A DNA stretch of 64,000 nucleotides from Trichosphaerium sp. ATCC 40318 (taxonomy: Eukaryota > Protista > Tubulinea). Position numbers and translations under genes: made by a program. This document shows, piece by piece, positions 13,218 to 25,808 of this stretch. The DNA lies in NCBI GenBank assembly GCA_038496445.1, contig JALMLS010000378.1, positions 1 to 64,000 on the forward strand, given 5' to 3'. Position 1 is the stretch's first letter. Each line of letters opens with the position of its first letter. Below the pieces are notes generated by a model. It searched no databases and was not told where the DNA came from. It saw only the letters and a list, made by a program, of their open reading frames with translations.

Positions 13218-14925
13218 ATGGAAGCAACACCACGCGTAGAAAAGACTATATCATCGCAGGTATGCCAACCACTACGTTTGTCAAACGCGTAGTATAACTA
13301 AGCGCGTGTAGGCGCATTTGAGAGCGTATTTAAAGTCAACAGAATGCAAAGAATTTCAAGCGTTTTTAATGTCGCTCAATTCAGGTACGCTTCCAATTAA
13401 CAATCAGTTTTGAACGTCACTTGCGTCATCTTACCATTGAAATAGCTGTTAAGGGTAAAAAGAACTCAACAGAGGTACACCATCTTTTCGGGCGTTCCTA
13501 GTTGTGACCCTGTGTCAAGGTTGTAATTTCAGAAACAAACGCCAAACTTATCGCTTTGCTGAACGTCTTGCTTGACTGGATTAAAAGTACGCCACCCATT
13601 GATCAACAGATGAGATACGGAAACAAGGTGAGTACTCGGTTACATAGCCAGGAAAAACGTGCGCGTGCACGTGCTGTATGTTCGCCTCACACAACACAAC
13701 GCCTGCTGTGTTTCCATCTTGTTGTCTGCGGGTGATTAACATGTTTAAGGCCTTCAGGAACTGGCACGAACTCTTAGAAACGGTACCAAACTAATGTCTG
13801 TGGTCCTATGGCCACAACAACAAGCCACGCGTACTAACTGAGCGTATAGAACGCATGTAGTCAGATGGCGTCCATCCTGCCTCCAGAGCACCAAAGCAAG
13901 GCAGCCGAACTCGCAGGTTCTATGAGTGTCTCGCCATCACGAGTATCTCACCTTTTTTGTTGATTGTAGAGTACTGGGTTGCTTCGTTTGGAAACAAGAC
14001 GCGCATAGATTATGGCACTGGTCACGAGACTACCTTTTTTTGTCTATTATTCTGCTTGTACAAGTACGTTAGCATCGAAACAAACCAATATATATGCACA
14101 TATTCTCTGAGTAGTCGATTGTAACAATGCTTTAGATTGTCTATACTTGAGCTCAAAGATTTTGGTTGCGCTATCTTGAAGGTGTTTACAAAGTACTTGG
14201 AAGTTTGCAGGTATGCCTTTTGTAAACAAAACCACCATTAACGTATGCTCAACTATGTATAGGATGTTACAGAGTACGTACATGTTGGAACCAGCTGGAT
14301 CACGTGGCGTGTGGTGCTTGGACGATTACCAATTTCTCGTATTTTATTTTGGCGCATCTCAGCTCTTAGGTACATTGCCTCCCACTCACTACCAGATTAA
14401 CACAATCCTTCGCTAATTACTTTAACAGGACACCCAAGTTTCTTGCCTTCAATCACGCGAGACTTGAAATTAATAGAAGAGCATCGCTCAGAATACATGT
14501 ACTTGGATGCCATACACTTTATCCACAAGGCATGTCACAACTTTATATAAAGCTAGGCGGGGATGACTAACTACTTTATTCCAGATGAAAACAGGACCCT
14601 TTGCTGAACACTCTCCGTACTTGGGTACGTCACTTGTATGATGTTGTCTCACTCTAGTTTAGAATCTATTGCTGATGTGCCAGTATGGACTAAGGTAAAT
14701 AAGGGAATGTTAAACATGTATCGCGATGACGTATTGCGTAAATTTCCAGTGATGCAACACTTTCTGTTTGGCACTATCCTCAAGTTCCCAGACACGTCTA
14801 CTCTCACACCAATGCCACGAACAGACGCCGGGTTTGGTGCTGGCAGTAGGAACATTAATGGTGTCAACCAAGGCAACGTGCGCCAACCAACGTGGGCCAC
14901 TAAACGACCAACACCCAATAAATAA
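13218..14925 (+). CDS. PTPA: PP2A activator PTPA (PPP2R4/RRD)
   Basis: [57 protein letters not shown] and [14 protein letters not shown]. Confidence 0.96.
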
Positions 14926-14988
14926 AAAGACACGGTTTTTTTTTTATTCTACAATTTAAATTACAAAAGTGGTGTACACCCAGCTTCT

Positions 14989-17900
14989 TTACACGACAAC
15001 AACTGCACTTGTTTTAGGTTTGTTTTGCGGTTGGAACTCTACAAGACCGCAATCATACTGTAGAGTGAAGGCCTTAATTTGTTGTTCAATTGGCTTCAAC
15101 CCATATTTTGAGGCAAGCGTTGCGCCGTGTTGCCATGCTGCACGTGCCGCGTGCTTATCTTGCTTTAACGCTGAATACCAACCTCGCCACATGTCGTATT
15201 GGGGCACTAAGATGGCGTGTTTAGAAGATGTCGCTGCTAGCAGAGCCAGGCCTTCTTCCACGTGCTGAACAACACGCGAAATAACTTGTGCATCCAGTAT
15301 TGAATTGTCTTTCTTTGCGGATGCCCTAAAAGTTTATAAGAGACGGCGCAAACAGAAACAAAAATAAAAGGAGTGCCATACAAAACGTTGAGTTGGGTTT
15401 GCATAAACAGTGGCCAAAAAGCGTGCAAATGGCGACTACCATCAGCTGACCAGCCTTGAACAGCAGCACGTGATGCAAACGATGCAAAATCAAGCGCTTC
15501 AAGCCAATGCCCGTGTCTGTATTCGAGGAGAGATGCAATGGCATCATGTGCAGCCTTGTGCTCCCATCGGTGGTCGTCCGTCATGGCATTGCGGCAATCT
15601 TTCAACGCCTTAAGGCAGAGCGTGCTGTCACCACTAAGGTAGTAACAGTATGCTCGTATAAGCGCAATAGTTGGTGTTGCGTCACACTGTCCAAGGGTTG
15701 TAAGGACTTGGTGATAGTGTCCTTGCCCTACCAACGCGGCTGCTTTGATGGCATGTACTGACAAGTAACATTCCTTGTCTTTCTGTACGTCCATACAGGT
15801 GGTAATGCCGTGGTGTGCACACTGAATGGCATCATTCAAGGCTCCTGTCAAATAATTATGACGTGCTACCCACCACATGAAGAACATGTTGTATTCGGTT
15901 GTTGCACAATTGGATCTTGGCGATGCACAACTAGATGCACGCATGGCCCGTGGCACTAACCAAGTATTGGTAACTTGTTCGAAACCAAGGCGAGAGATGA
16001 CGTAGTGGGCCAAAAAGGCGGTACCAATTGCTTGCCTAGCTACAATGTCAATACAATCTGTCAATAAAAACAAAAACGAAATATAGTCGCACACCTGTTG
16101 TCACCTAAATCATTCGCCAGGTTGTAAAAGTGTAGGCATATGTACATGGAGTGGTACAAGGACACTGTGCGACTGCTTTTTTTCAAAATAGTAGCATACA
16201 CGTCCAGTGTGTATTGGATGTTGAGTACTGTCTTAACGTTGACAGTGCCGCCCAACCACAGTGTAAAGTTGTATAACCACGTGCCAATAAACGACATATT
16301 CATCGCAAACCGAAATACTTGCCACAGCAATAACACTGCACACTGTATGGGTTGCGAAGGTAAACTATGATTTGTGAGTGTACAGTATAGATTTCATTGC
16401 TTACTCATGGTGCAACAGAGCCAAGGCTTTGCGGCTATGCTGAAATGAGATGAGTGGACTGTAGGCTTCTCTTGCTAGTCTGTGTTGCTTTTTCGCCTTT
16501 TTATTAAAGTACTTGGAAGGCGAGCGCAGCTCCAAAGTTGCATATAACCTGTAACAAATTGTGTTAACGAGGAAATTGGGTTGTTGCCAATAAAATAACA
16601 TACGTCATGCACAATATAACGCACAAAGCCAAGTAGCAGTACGTGTAAGGATTGATAATGGTTGGTAATAAATCATCTAGTATTAATGACGTTACGCCAT
16701 ACCATGCACTTGCTGCAATAGTAGAAGCACCGTAGGTATGTCCCACGGCTAAAATCGGTGTTAGAAATAGTAACCTATAATCAGGTGCTCACGCACATTG
16801 TAACACGCGGCCATGACCCTGTTTAATGACTGTGCTTCCATACATTGTTGCGTGGCTATATATCCGGTAGAATAGACCAAAGAGGAGCGTGAACGACATG
16901 ATGTAACTACTATAGTCTGGGTTTCCACTAGTACCATTGTGTCCAAGTGGAGATGCATCATAATGGTCTTCATAGTAGGGTGTTGGCATATTGTACATGC
17001 CTCGCTGCTGCTGTGCATGCCCCATACCGGCTGGATGCACGTTGTGGTCTAGTGAGTGTTGATCAATGCCATCATGCACTGGCAAGGTTACTGAATGAGG
17101 CGTAGATACACTAGGCACACAGCTGTTTTGGTGTTGATTGTTGTTGTGGTCATCTAAAGGGATAATGAGTTGTTACAGCACGACTTTTTTCATTATTTTG
17201 CCTTGTTGTTGTTGAGAATGTGAAACTCTTGATCTTGCGGCGCTGCTCATGCGCGGTGGTGGCCTCGCTACTGGCTGAATAAACGGGTCTGGAGGCCCGT
17301 TAGATAATGGCCATGCTGCGCGGTGCATTGAGGGTTGTTTGTAGTCTTAAAGGTAGGGTTGGTACATTGATCACTTGGTAAAAAGGCCTGTACCTCGCAT
17401 GTGAGTCTTTGGACCGTCCAGTTCGTCCAGTCTCGCAATATCAGATGCAAGTGATACGGTTGACACGCTAGAAATGGGAGACATGGGGCAGTGCATTGGT
17501 GAGGGAGGACAATTCGAGTGTGGCGTTGCTGCTGTTAGAATATTATTTCGGGGACCTTCGGGCTGTGGTCTTGGTACCTCGTGGTTCGTCAAGCTCCTCT
17601 TTTACGCAAGTTATGTGCGTAGAGAACATATCAGTAGGTTTTAAATGGTCGCTATCTTTTTCTGCTTGGCTGCCTTTCGCAACGCTCGTATGCTCGGGAT
17701 CTAAGTGTTGACGCTTTGGTTCCCTTTCTGAGGTTGTTTGAGTGCCAGCTCTTTCGTATCAAAGTTAAATAACGCTACAAGTTGAGTCGTGTACCTATGC
17801 CATTCGCCAGTACGTTTTCGTGAGCGTTTTGTTGCAGGTTTACCAGTTTTCAGATATTCGACGTGCTCCACCTGTTTTGGTTGTCGTGCATTAGCATTGC

Positions 17901-18222
17901 GTAAATATGTACAAACAGATTTTTTGCTTATTTTGCGTACAATGTCTTGAAGCCCTGGTATTTCTTTTACACGCTCTAATAACCACTCGTCGTCTGATTC
18001 TTTGACAACACTGCCAATCTTTAAAAAGCTTGTGGCTTCCTTCACTAAAGCATTGCGTGAAAACAGGTTTGGAGAACCGTATTTCTTTTTTAAAACATCT
18101 CTCAGCTCATCAAAGGCCGAGTTGAGTGTTTCTCTCCGTTTTCGCTCGTATAACTTTCGTTTTTCTTTTGGGTTGCGGTAATCTGTATCGCTGGCGTCTT
18201 TTTTGCGATTTCTTTGTCTCAT
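14989..18222 (-). CDS. SREBP-like membrane-tethered bHLH transcription factor (bHLH - low-complexity linker - TM1 - loop - TM2 - SREBP-type C-terminal domain)
   Basis: An in-frame spliced path of about 10 introns joins the bHLH (ERKRRETLNSAFDELRDVL..SRNALVKEA) to TM1 (YIMSFTLLFGLFY), loop GRVLQS, TM2 (YCYLALCVILCM), and then LPSQPIQCAVLLLWQVFRFAMNMSFIGTWL..LHFYNLANDLGD, which resembles the SREBP regulatory domain. Confidence 0.75.
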
Positions 18223-18372
18223 TGCGCCTTTCCTTTAGCGTAAAGGGCTGACAAAAAAAGGTAAAAACGTCAACTAATTTTAGTGCTGACCTTAACTGGA
18301 AGGAATGTCACGCTTATCATGCTGCTTTGTTAAAAATGTACAGAGTGTACAAAAGACACTTAGGTTTACATT

Positions 18373-20301
18373 TTATTTGGTCTTTGCACAATAAATAGTT
18401 GGAGCGTAAGGGTTATTTTGTTCAACTGTACCAGGAACAGTGGAAACGGTGTAGTACTTTGAGCAAACATGAGGGTAGCCCCAATCGCATACAGGATTAT
18501 CACTGTTAACTTCCGGGCTCCAAGCAATGCCAGGTGTTGGCGTTATGGTCTGCTCAATAGTAAACTGCCCTGTAGATTCGATTTTACCGATAAATACCTA
18601 AAATCAATTATATGTAAATAATAAGTCAAAATACAAGAGGTGCTTGAACATAACAACAAAAGAGTCATACACCATTTTGAATAGCACGTACAGGTTTGCT
18701 CAAATGGTGGTTGGAGTTCATTGACACAGGTTGTCCTGAAGGAGCTTGCACAGTCTGCCCTTTCATTGCTTGGCGCACTGATTTAATATCTGTTGTTCCA
18801 GATTGGGTAACTGCTTGAGCCCACATTCTGAAGCCGATGTAATGGGCCTGTGTCACTACTTGTTAGCGCGTTCTAAGACTGAATCGTATGTTAAGTACCT
18901 CCATCGGATCGTTGGTAGTCGTATCGGCAAGAGGAGTGCCAATGAAGGTCGAGTAGCTAGTCAAAAATATGAGTTGCTTTGAATCAAATTTTAGCCCAAA
19001 AAAAAAAAATGTCTTACGCTTGTCTCCATGCGTCGTTTACAGGACTGTCCTACAGGCCAACAGTTACAAATTAAATAGGACAGTAAGATGCGTACAATAG
19101 ATTGAAAGTAGTTCCAGGATGCGAAATGACCAGCAAGATTATCTCTGTCTGTTTGCGTCAGAGCTGCAAGCTCAGCTTCTCCAACGGAAAAAGCCATTAC
19201 AGGAAAATCTCCAGGGTTAATGTTCTAGAACGAAGATAGTGAGAAAGGGTACCGCAGATCGTATCATTCAGTACTCGTCGTGCAATTTCAGCGTAGAAAA
19301 AGTTGTTTGCATCGCCGTTAATCGTTGATACAACGCAAGTTTTTCCACCGTTGGCAAATGTGCTAATGTCTTCCATAATGCCAAACCAATCCGCATGTCC
19401 AAATGGCGTATAAATAGTCCTAATTTTGTCGGCTGTAATGCCCTGGGTTTGTAAATAGCTCTCAAGGATCTCATTTGTTGTTCTAAGGAAGGTGTTACTA
19501 GCGCGTAGTGGTAATGGTTGCAAACTACGAACGACATGTCACGTCACGTCACGTACCTAGGGTATACGTAATCTGTGCCAATCAATACGTACTGCAAACA
19601 GCTCTGGTTATCTCTGAGGAAGTCGACTCCAGGTATGGCCTTTTTTTTCAGTTTTTAGTTTTCTGTTTAACCCGCGTATACAAAACGTCGTACCTGCTGG
19701 TTGGGTGCAGCGCCAGTGTAAAACACATTTTTTTCACACTCTTCGGCTTCATACTGCACAGGATAAAACAGCATATGGTCTAATTCCTAATTGTGTAACC
19801 GTGAGTTTTGTGGATATCCACACGCACACGTCTACAACCGCACCTGAAAAACAGATAACACCGATTTTCGGGAAACACTCGTCCAGCATCCAAATACAAC
19901 GGATACCTTGTAATCAGTGATAAGTTCTCGAGCCCTGGTAGCAAATAGCGGCCAGTTAGACTCTCCATCAACAATTACTAGTTGTATTTGCTTCCCTTTT
20001 GCAGTGATATCAGTACTAGCAACTATTCCGCATGGTTTAATTATATCGCACCTAGAAGGCCTCCCTGATTGTTTAATTCATCCGCCATAAACCGTATGGT
20101 GTTCATTAGAGGCGTTTCCGATATGCACAGAGTGCCAGTGAGAGAGTGTAGCACACCAACTCGAATATACCTTTCTGGATCATATTCGAGGGCGGTTACG
20201 TTAGTGACGAACGGCAAGCCATCGCAAGCACCGCTTGCAACGCAATTTGGTACAAACGTGCTCAGAAAGCATAATACCAATACTATTAGGTTGTAGTGCA
20301 T
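18373..20301 (-). CDS. urtA: Urea ABC transporter substrate-binding protein (UrtA/FmdD-like) with signal peptide and ~9 spliceosomal introns
   Basis: [110 protein letters not shown] and NHHLSKP. Confidence 0.93.
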
Positions 20302-20503
20302 CTCTAATGGTTATCCAGTAGTTTTTTACAAAAATACAGAGAAAAATACTTAATTAAGTGCGCGTGTTTGGAAGCACAACAAACAGCTTTTTTAGTTAAT
20401 TAACTATCCCAGTGTCTACCACTTTCCAAGTTAACACTGATGAGAAACTATTTATAATGTAAAAATAAACTACCTAGGTTTGGAGCGTTTTCTCCAAGTG
20501 CGA

Positions 20504-22200
20504 TCAATGAGAAGTGGAAATAATCAACGTCTTAACGAGGGATTGTAACGACCTATTCAGAACCAAGTCAGCACAGCGGGAACAACAAAAAGTACCTTTG
20601 TTTTGCTCTTTTAAATCCAGAAAATTGGTTCCACGTCCAGGATTCTGTTCTGTAGTACGTTGAGAGTACCCTAACAAATTACTAAATGAAGAAAGCACGA
20701 AAAAAGGGATTGGATGGCGCGTACCGAGGATAGTAAGCCAACATCCCTCCTCCACCTATCGCTTTCAAGTCGTGCCTGGACACTTCCAACCTGTGAAAGT
20801 GAGTACATCTTCCTACAGAGAGCTGATAGAGTACCATTGTTGCGGCTTTGATATATTAAGCTTTTCCTCAGCGAATTGCAAAAACTCAACAATATTTGTT
20901 GTCGATTGCCAGTATCCGTTCGGTTTATGTACTATTCCGCGATGTTTGGGTTTACGTCTAGACAATGTGCGTTCTATTTTATTGGTGTGCCAATGCCGCA
21001 TGTCCTTCCACACCACACTTGGAAATAAGGTCGATAGCGCATCGTGGACCGATCCATTATACCTAGAGCAGCCTGTTACACGCTCGGTTGATCATAAGTG
21101 AGGCAACGTACATAGTGAGTAGGTTGTTAGCACCACACCACTGCAATTCCTGCAACGTTACTTTGTGCCAATCCTGCAACAGTTTAACGTTCAATCTGGA
21201 TGCCATAAAATTGAGCTTATCGCTTTGTGCTTGAACGGTGTTTAAACTGTTCCGTGGTGGATTCCTTGAAGGGTAGTGAATGTCATGCAACACGTTTTGG
21301 CGTACACAAATCGCCATGGTTCCCACTTGGTTGCCGGATAAATCGAAGACAGCGCATTCAATAAGGATCCATTGTAGTCCTTGACCAAAAGGCCTCCTGC
21401 ACCGAGGGCGTGAAGGTGTGTGGATGTTTTACTGTACCAATCCTCCAGCAGTTTAACGTTTAGTTCTTGTGCAATGCTATCAAACATCTGCAACCTCTTG
21501 TTGCCAGCGTCGTCAGTCCAATAGCCCATTGGAGCGCACCTATCATCACTTTGTAAAACGGGTGCACTGTTCAAGTAAAAACGCACACGAATCTAGTTAA
21601 ATCCCAAGCATAGCTAGGGTACATAGACACAAGTACTTTACTAAGAGGTTGTCGCAACCTTTATTCATTAATGTAACAAATATTTGAGTATGCACATACT
21701 TAACATGACTGTTCAATCTCTTCGTTGTCACTCTATACCAATCATCCATGACGCACACGCCTAACGACTTTGCTGCCTGAAGCAGTCGCTTCTCAAAAAT
21801 GTCATCTTTGGTATGTGGAGATCGACACCTGCTCAAGTGGTCAAACACGAAAAAATGCTCAACATTCACTTACTGAAATTCGTGGATTTTCCACTTGTGC
21901 TCTGGGTACAAGGCAAACAAGCTCTTTCGAAGAGAATTTTTGAATCTAACGGTATTTAACTACAACGACTCTTTTAGTGACTAACCTGTTCGCTAGTATC
22001 CCAGAGCCACCTCTACGCTGTACTGCCCTCACTGGTACGTCGTACCACTGTGTGTAAACGAATAACCTCAAAGATTTCGCAATGTCATCTAAAATAACTC
22101 TCGCATGGCTATTGTCGCCTACATGGTGTACTTTTTGGTTTGAGTTGTGAGATTTGCTTTTAAACGCATTTGAAGAGTAACGCGGTGCCTGTTTTATCAT
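20504..22200 (-). CDS. Uncharacterised Trp-rich tandem-repeat protein (~70-aa units), possibly mitochondrion-targeted
   Basis: About 5 repeats of GYW..(F)..A..L.V....(D)WY.V....L...GG..LL..Y.GS...AL...YP...W..W.F, with a basic Ser-rich N-terminus. Confidence 0.7.
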
Positions 22201-22366
22201 ACGCACGCATGCGAATAACGAGTGTAATGTGTGTCACTTTAGTCACGCTACACGTTAAGTTGTTTTAACAGATTTTTTTTCTTGATTTATTTTTATGAAA
22301 TCGTAAGTAAACACAAAAATCGGTTTCAATATTACAAATAATTTAAGTGCGGCGCTATTGTGCCAC

Positions 22367-25300
22367 CTAGAACTCATCGTCTACTTCCAGACCTGGTGGT
22401 AAACCTGTCTTTGGCGAGGCATTCATGTACAACTGGCTTAAAATCCGCTTGAGCTGTTTAGATCGAAGCGTTGGGTTGAGTGAACTTGTTTGTGGATCAT
22501 CGATCACCGTCAGGAGTTCTGATACGGTGGCATCTAGTATGCGCTCTCCTCTCTGAGACAATTGCTGTTGTTGCTTATATGGATTATGAATGACACCAAT
22601 AGAGTGTCTGTGTTGAGCATTTCTTCTGACTTTATCGAGAGGATGTTTGCGTAGACTTCGTTTCCTTTTATCTTTGGGTTCTAGCGAGATAGTTTCCTCA
22701 TCATCGCTATCAATGGCATCTACTACTTGCCTACCTTTCATTTGCGGCGGGGGCCTAAACACACCACTACCAGTGGCGCGTGTTTTGCTCATCATGGCTT
22801 TCTTATTGAATGATATCGCAGGCTTCACAGGTTCACGTTCTTCACGCGTAGATGGAGCATCTTGCAATAAAATGTTAGCAGATAACCACTTTATAATTCA
22901 GTTGAGTTGCATACCTATACCATCTTCAACATCGGTGTACATTACAAGTTCCTCCTTGTCTGCCCCTACAATATCACATTAGCTTATTTGAAAATAAAAT
23001 GCGATTATTTAGTCGTACAAGCTGCAGCATGAATCCTACGTTCAGGTTGTTGAGGTACAACCGCTTTTTCCGGGCTAGTAATCTTATTGCCAATGAGAGC
23101 GGGAGCGCTAGCTCTTCTCCTTGCACTACGTGCACTCTGTTTCTCAACAGCTACACCCTCATCAACCATTTGTTCCAGCATTGCAAGGAGCTCTGGCCTC
23201 GCTGATGAAGGAGATGACTGTTTCGGTAGATTGTTGATTTTCAGCGCAAATTGTGACCTCGCAGATGATTGCATTGATTCGTCGTCGCTCACCTCATCCT
23301 GTGATAGCCAATGAGTTTCTGCACCAGTTAGGAGTATTCACGTACACGCTTGATGTTGCCTTCGCTTACACCCTCGAGGTACTCACATATGGACCTAGCC
23401 TTCGTTGATTGGGCCAGATCTGCTGCTGTGAATCCTCTGTTGTTCTCAATTACGAGACTAGCGCCTCTGGCCACTATAGCCTTTACTACATCGAGTCTAC
23501 AGGCTGTCAATAGATGTACAAACGGCCATATGAGTATACCGTTTCCAAAATACTGCAAGATGAAGTGCGGTTGCACCGTTTATGTTCTGGCAATTGATTT
23601 TGCCGTTTTGGCGAATGAGCATCTTAATCAGCGATAGAGGTGTGTCAGCTACTGCAACTGCCAACATAAGTGGCGTGTACATCTTAGCTTTCTCACAGAC
23701 ATCTGAAGTGCTGGCTCCTTTTTTAATGAGGAATCTACAAGCAGAGAAGCACAAGATAAGTCATACTACACAAATCACTAATAGTACGTACTTGGCCAGT
23801 TGAAAGAACCCTTTAGATAGCGTAATGTGGAGAGGCTTCCATCCTCCTTCGTAACCCAAGTTTACATCAGCGCCTATAAGAACATAGTTAAATAGAGAGA
23901 AACTGCCACTTAAACTGTTACGTACCATGATCCACCAAAAACTCAGCAACAGGCCTAGACCCTATTCTACATGCATGGAATAGAGGTGAGGTACCTTCGT
24001 CGCTTTGTACATTAATACGACTGGAGTAATCCTCAACCAACAATTTTACAATATCCAGGTTATTTCGAAAAGCAGCCGCATGCAGAGGTGACCATCCTTT
24101 AAAGTTCGGAAGGCCTGCATCTGCGCCATGTCTGAGCAGATACTCTGCAATACTATAATGGCCAAAATATGCAGCTCTGTGGCGATGATTAGGTGGGTAA
24201 GACATGAAACAAGATTGGAGACATACAAGTACAAAGCGGTGCTACCATCTCCTGTGCGCATATCGATGTATTGCTGCATGTCAATATCGCAATATCGAAT
24301 CAATATTTTGCCAATTCGCAAATGACCAACTTGTGCAGCATGGTGAAGCGGCGTCCATCCTTCCCTTTTAGGATGAAGTTAGACAACAAACTTACTAGAA
24401 AAACGCTTTCAAGACGTACATATCTCTGCTGTCTATCCTCACGCCTTGTTCAATTAATACGCGTACTGTATGCGTACGGCCACGAACAATAGTGTGCAGT
24501 GGTGTTTCAGCCATTTGTGCTTCGCTGCTGGTGGATCTGAGAGCCAGGGCAGGTACGGTAGGTTGTGTTTTTGAAGTGCCAACAGACACTGTAGAGTCAA
24601 TACTCTTTCTGTTTTTTGGACTATTGCTTGAGGATGACAACGACATCTTACTGCTGCTCACTGTCACTATGTCGAGTTACTCCAACGCCGGTTGACGTTA
24701 ATAAAGGTACTTGGTGATGGTAGTCTCATGGACTTGCCGGTGGAACGCGCAGAGACTGGCATTTGCTTACGCTTGAGCTTCACTGTACGCGATACTGACG
24801 CTCTAGAACCGCCTATGCATGGCGTGCTAAAACCTACGGCCAAGGATGCGCCGTACATTGCCGTACCGCGTATTTTGATTGTCAGTCTGTATGTTCCTGC
24901 TGACCCAGCGGCGAATGTCAGTTGGTATTGCGATCCTTTCTCTTGTATCTTGGGGTACAGTATGTAGCCGTCTGGATCTCTTACTTTAGCTTCGAATTTT
25001 TCGCCTGGGTGATAACGTTATACTACTTCGTCGAAATCGTATGTTTACGCACTTGTGAGTGTCCCTACATCAAAGTGGTAACATACTTCTCCGCTAAGGT
25101 GGTGTGTTTCGAAAGTGGCTTCAAACTTAGTGCCTACACTGCAGTTACGGTAAATCGGTCACAACGAGGTCATTAATTGTTTCAGCATAACAACTAATAA
25201 GGAAAATACTATACCTTGTGTAAATTTGCGTGATAGCTTGTTTTTGCCGCCTCTGGATAATGCTGGAGCGTCTCCTTTGCTCTTTTGCCTTCTCTTCGGT

Positions 25301-25569
25301 TTTTTTATTTTTGAACGTGCGTCGTTCTCAGATTTTACAGCGCTATTGCCCCCAGTAGATGCAGCGCGCCTTCCCCGCTTGTTTTTAATTTTTTTACTAC
25401 TAGACACTAACGCGCTTCTATCATTTTCCGATAGAGCGGCCCTGTCAACAGTTGCCCGTTTCATTTCATCGTTTGATTTCGATTTAGGAATTCTTTTTTT
25501 CTTGCTCTTCAACATGGTAGAGCGCGAACTCTCCGAACGCGACTTCGAATGGCGCACCTTTTTCTTCAT
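22367..25569 (-). CDS. Ankyrin-repeat protein with Lys/Ser-rich N-terminus
   Basis: Repeated ANK motifs: ETPLH, GWTPLH, GSTALY, GWSPLHAA, GTSPLFHA, GWKPLH, YTPLMLA, GATALHLA and GFTAADLA. Confidence 0.85.
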
Positions 25570-25808
25570 CGCCAAAAGGGCTCACCCAAGTGTGGGAGTC
25601 AGAAACTTGCTGGCCGTTTTTTACTAATCGGTACTAAAGTGGGAGCTAAAAATTACCGAGAATTCAGTACGTTTTGAGGTATTTTTCTAATTGCACAATC
25701 AGTTTAACGCGTGGGTTTGGTGTGTGATCAAAATTATTACAAGTACATCTTAAAAAAGGCGACGACATGAATCGCATTGTTGTTTTTTCCCTTTGACAAA
25801 ATGGGTAT

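Noticed and set aside
9092-18222. MVD and the SREBP-like gene as a sterol gene cluster
   Set aside because: They are separated by three unrelated genes, and no E-box or SRE is visible in the MVD promoter (8935-9091). Proximity is probably chance.
19896-19908. GTATCC on the minus strand in urtA as a U12 donor
   Set aside because: It is coding sequence ([11 protein letters not shown]), in frame with conserved motifs.
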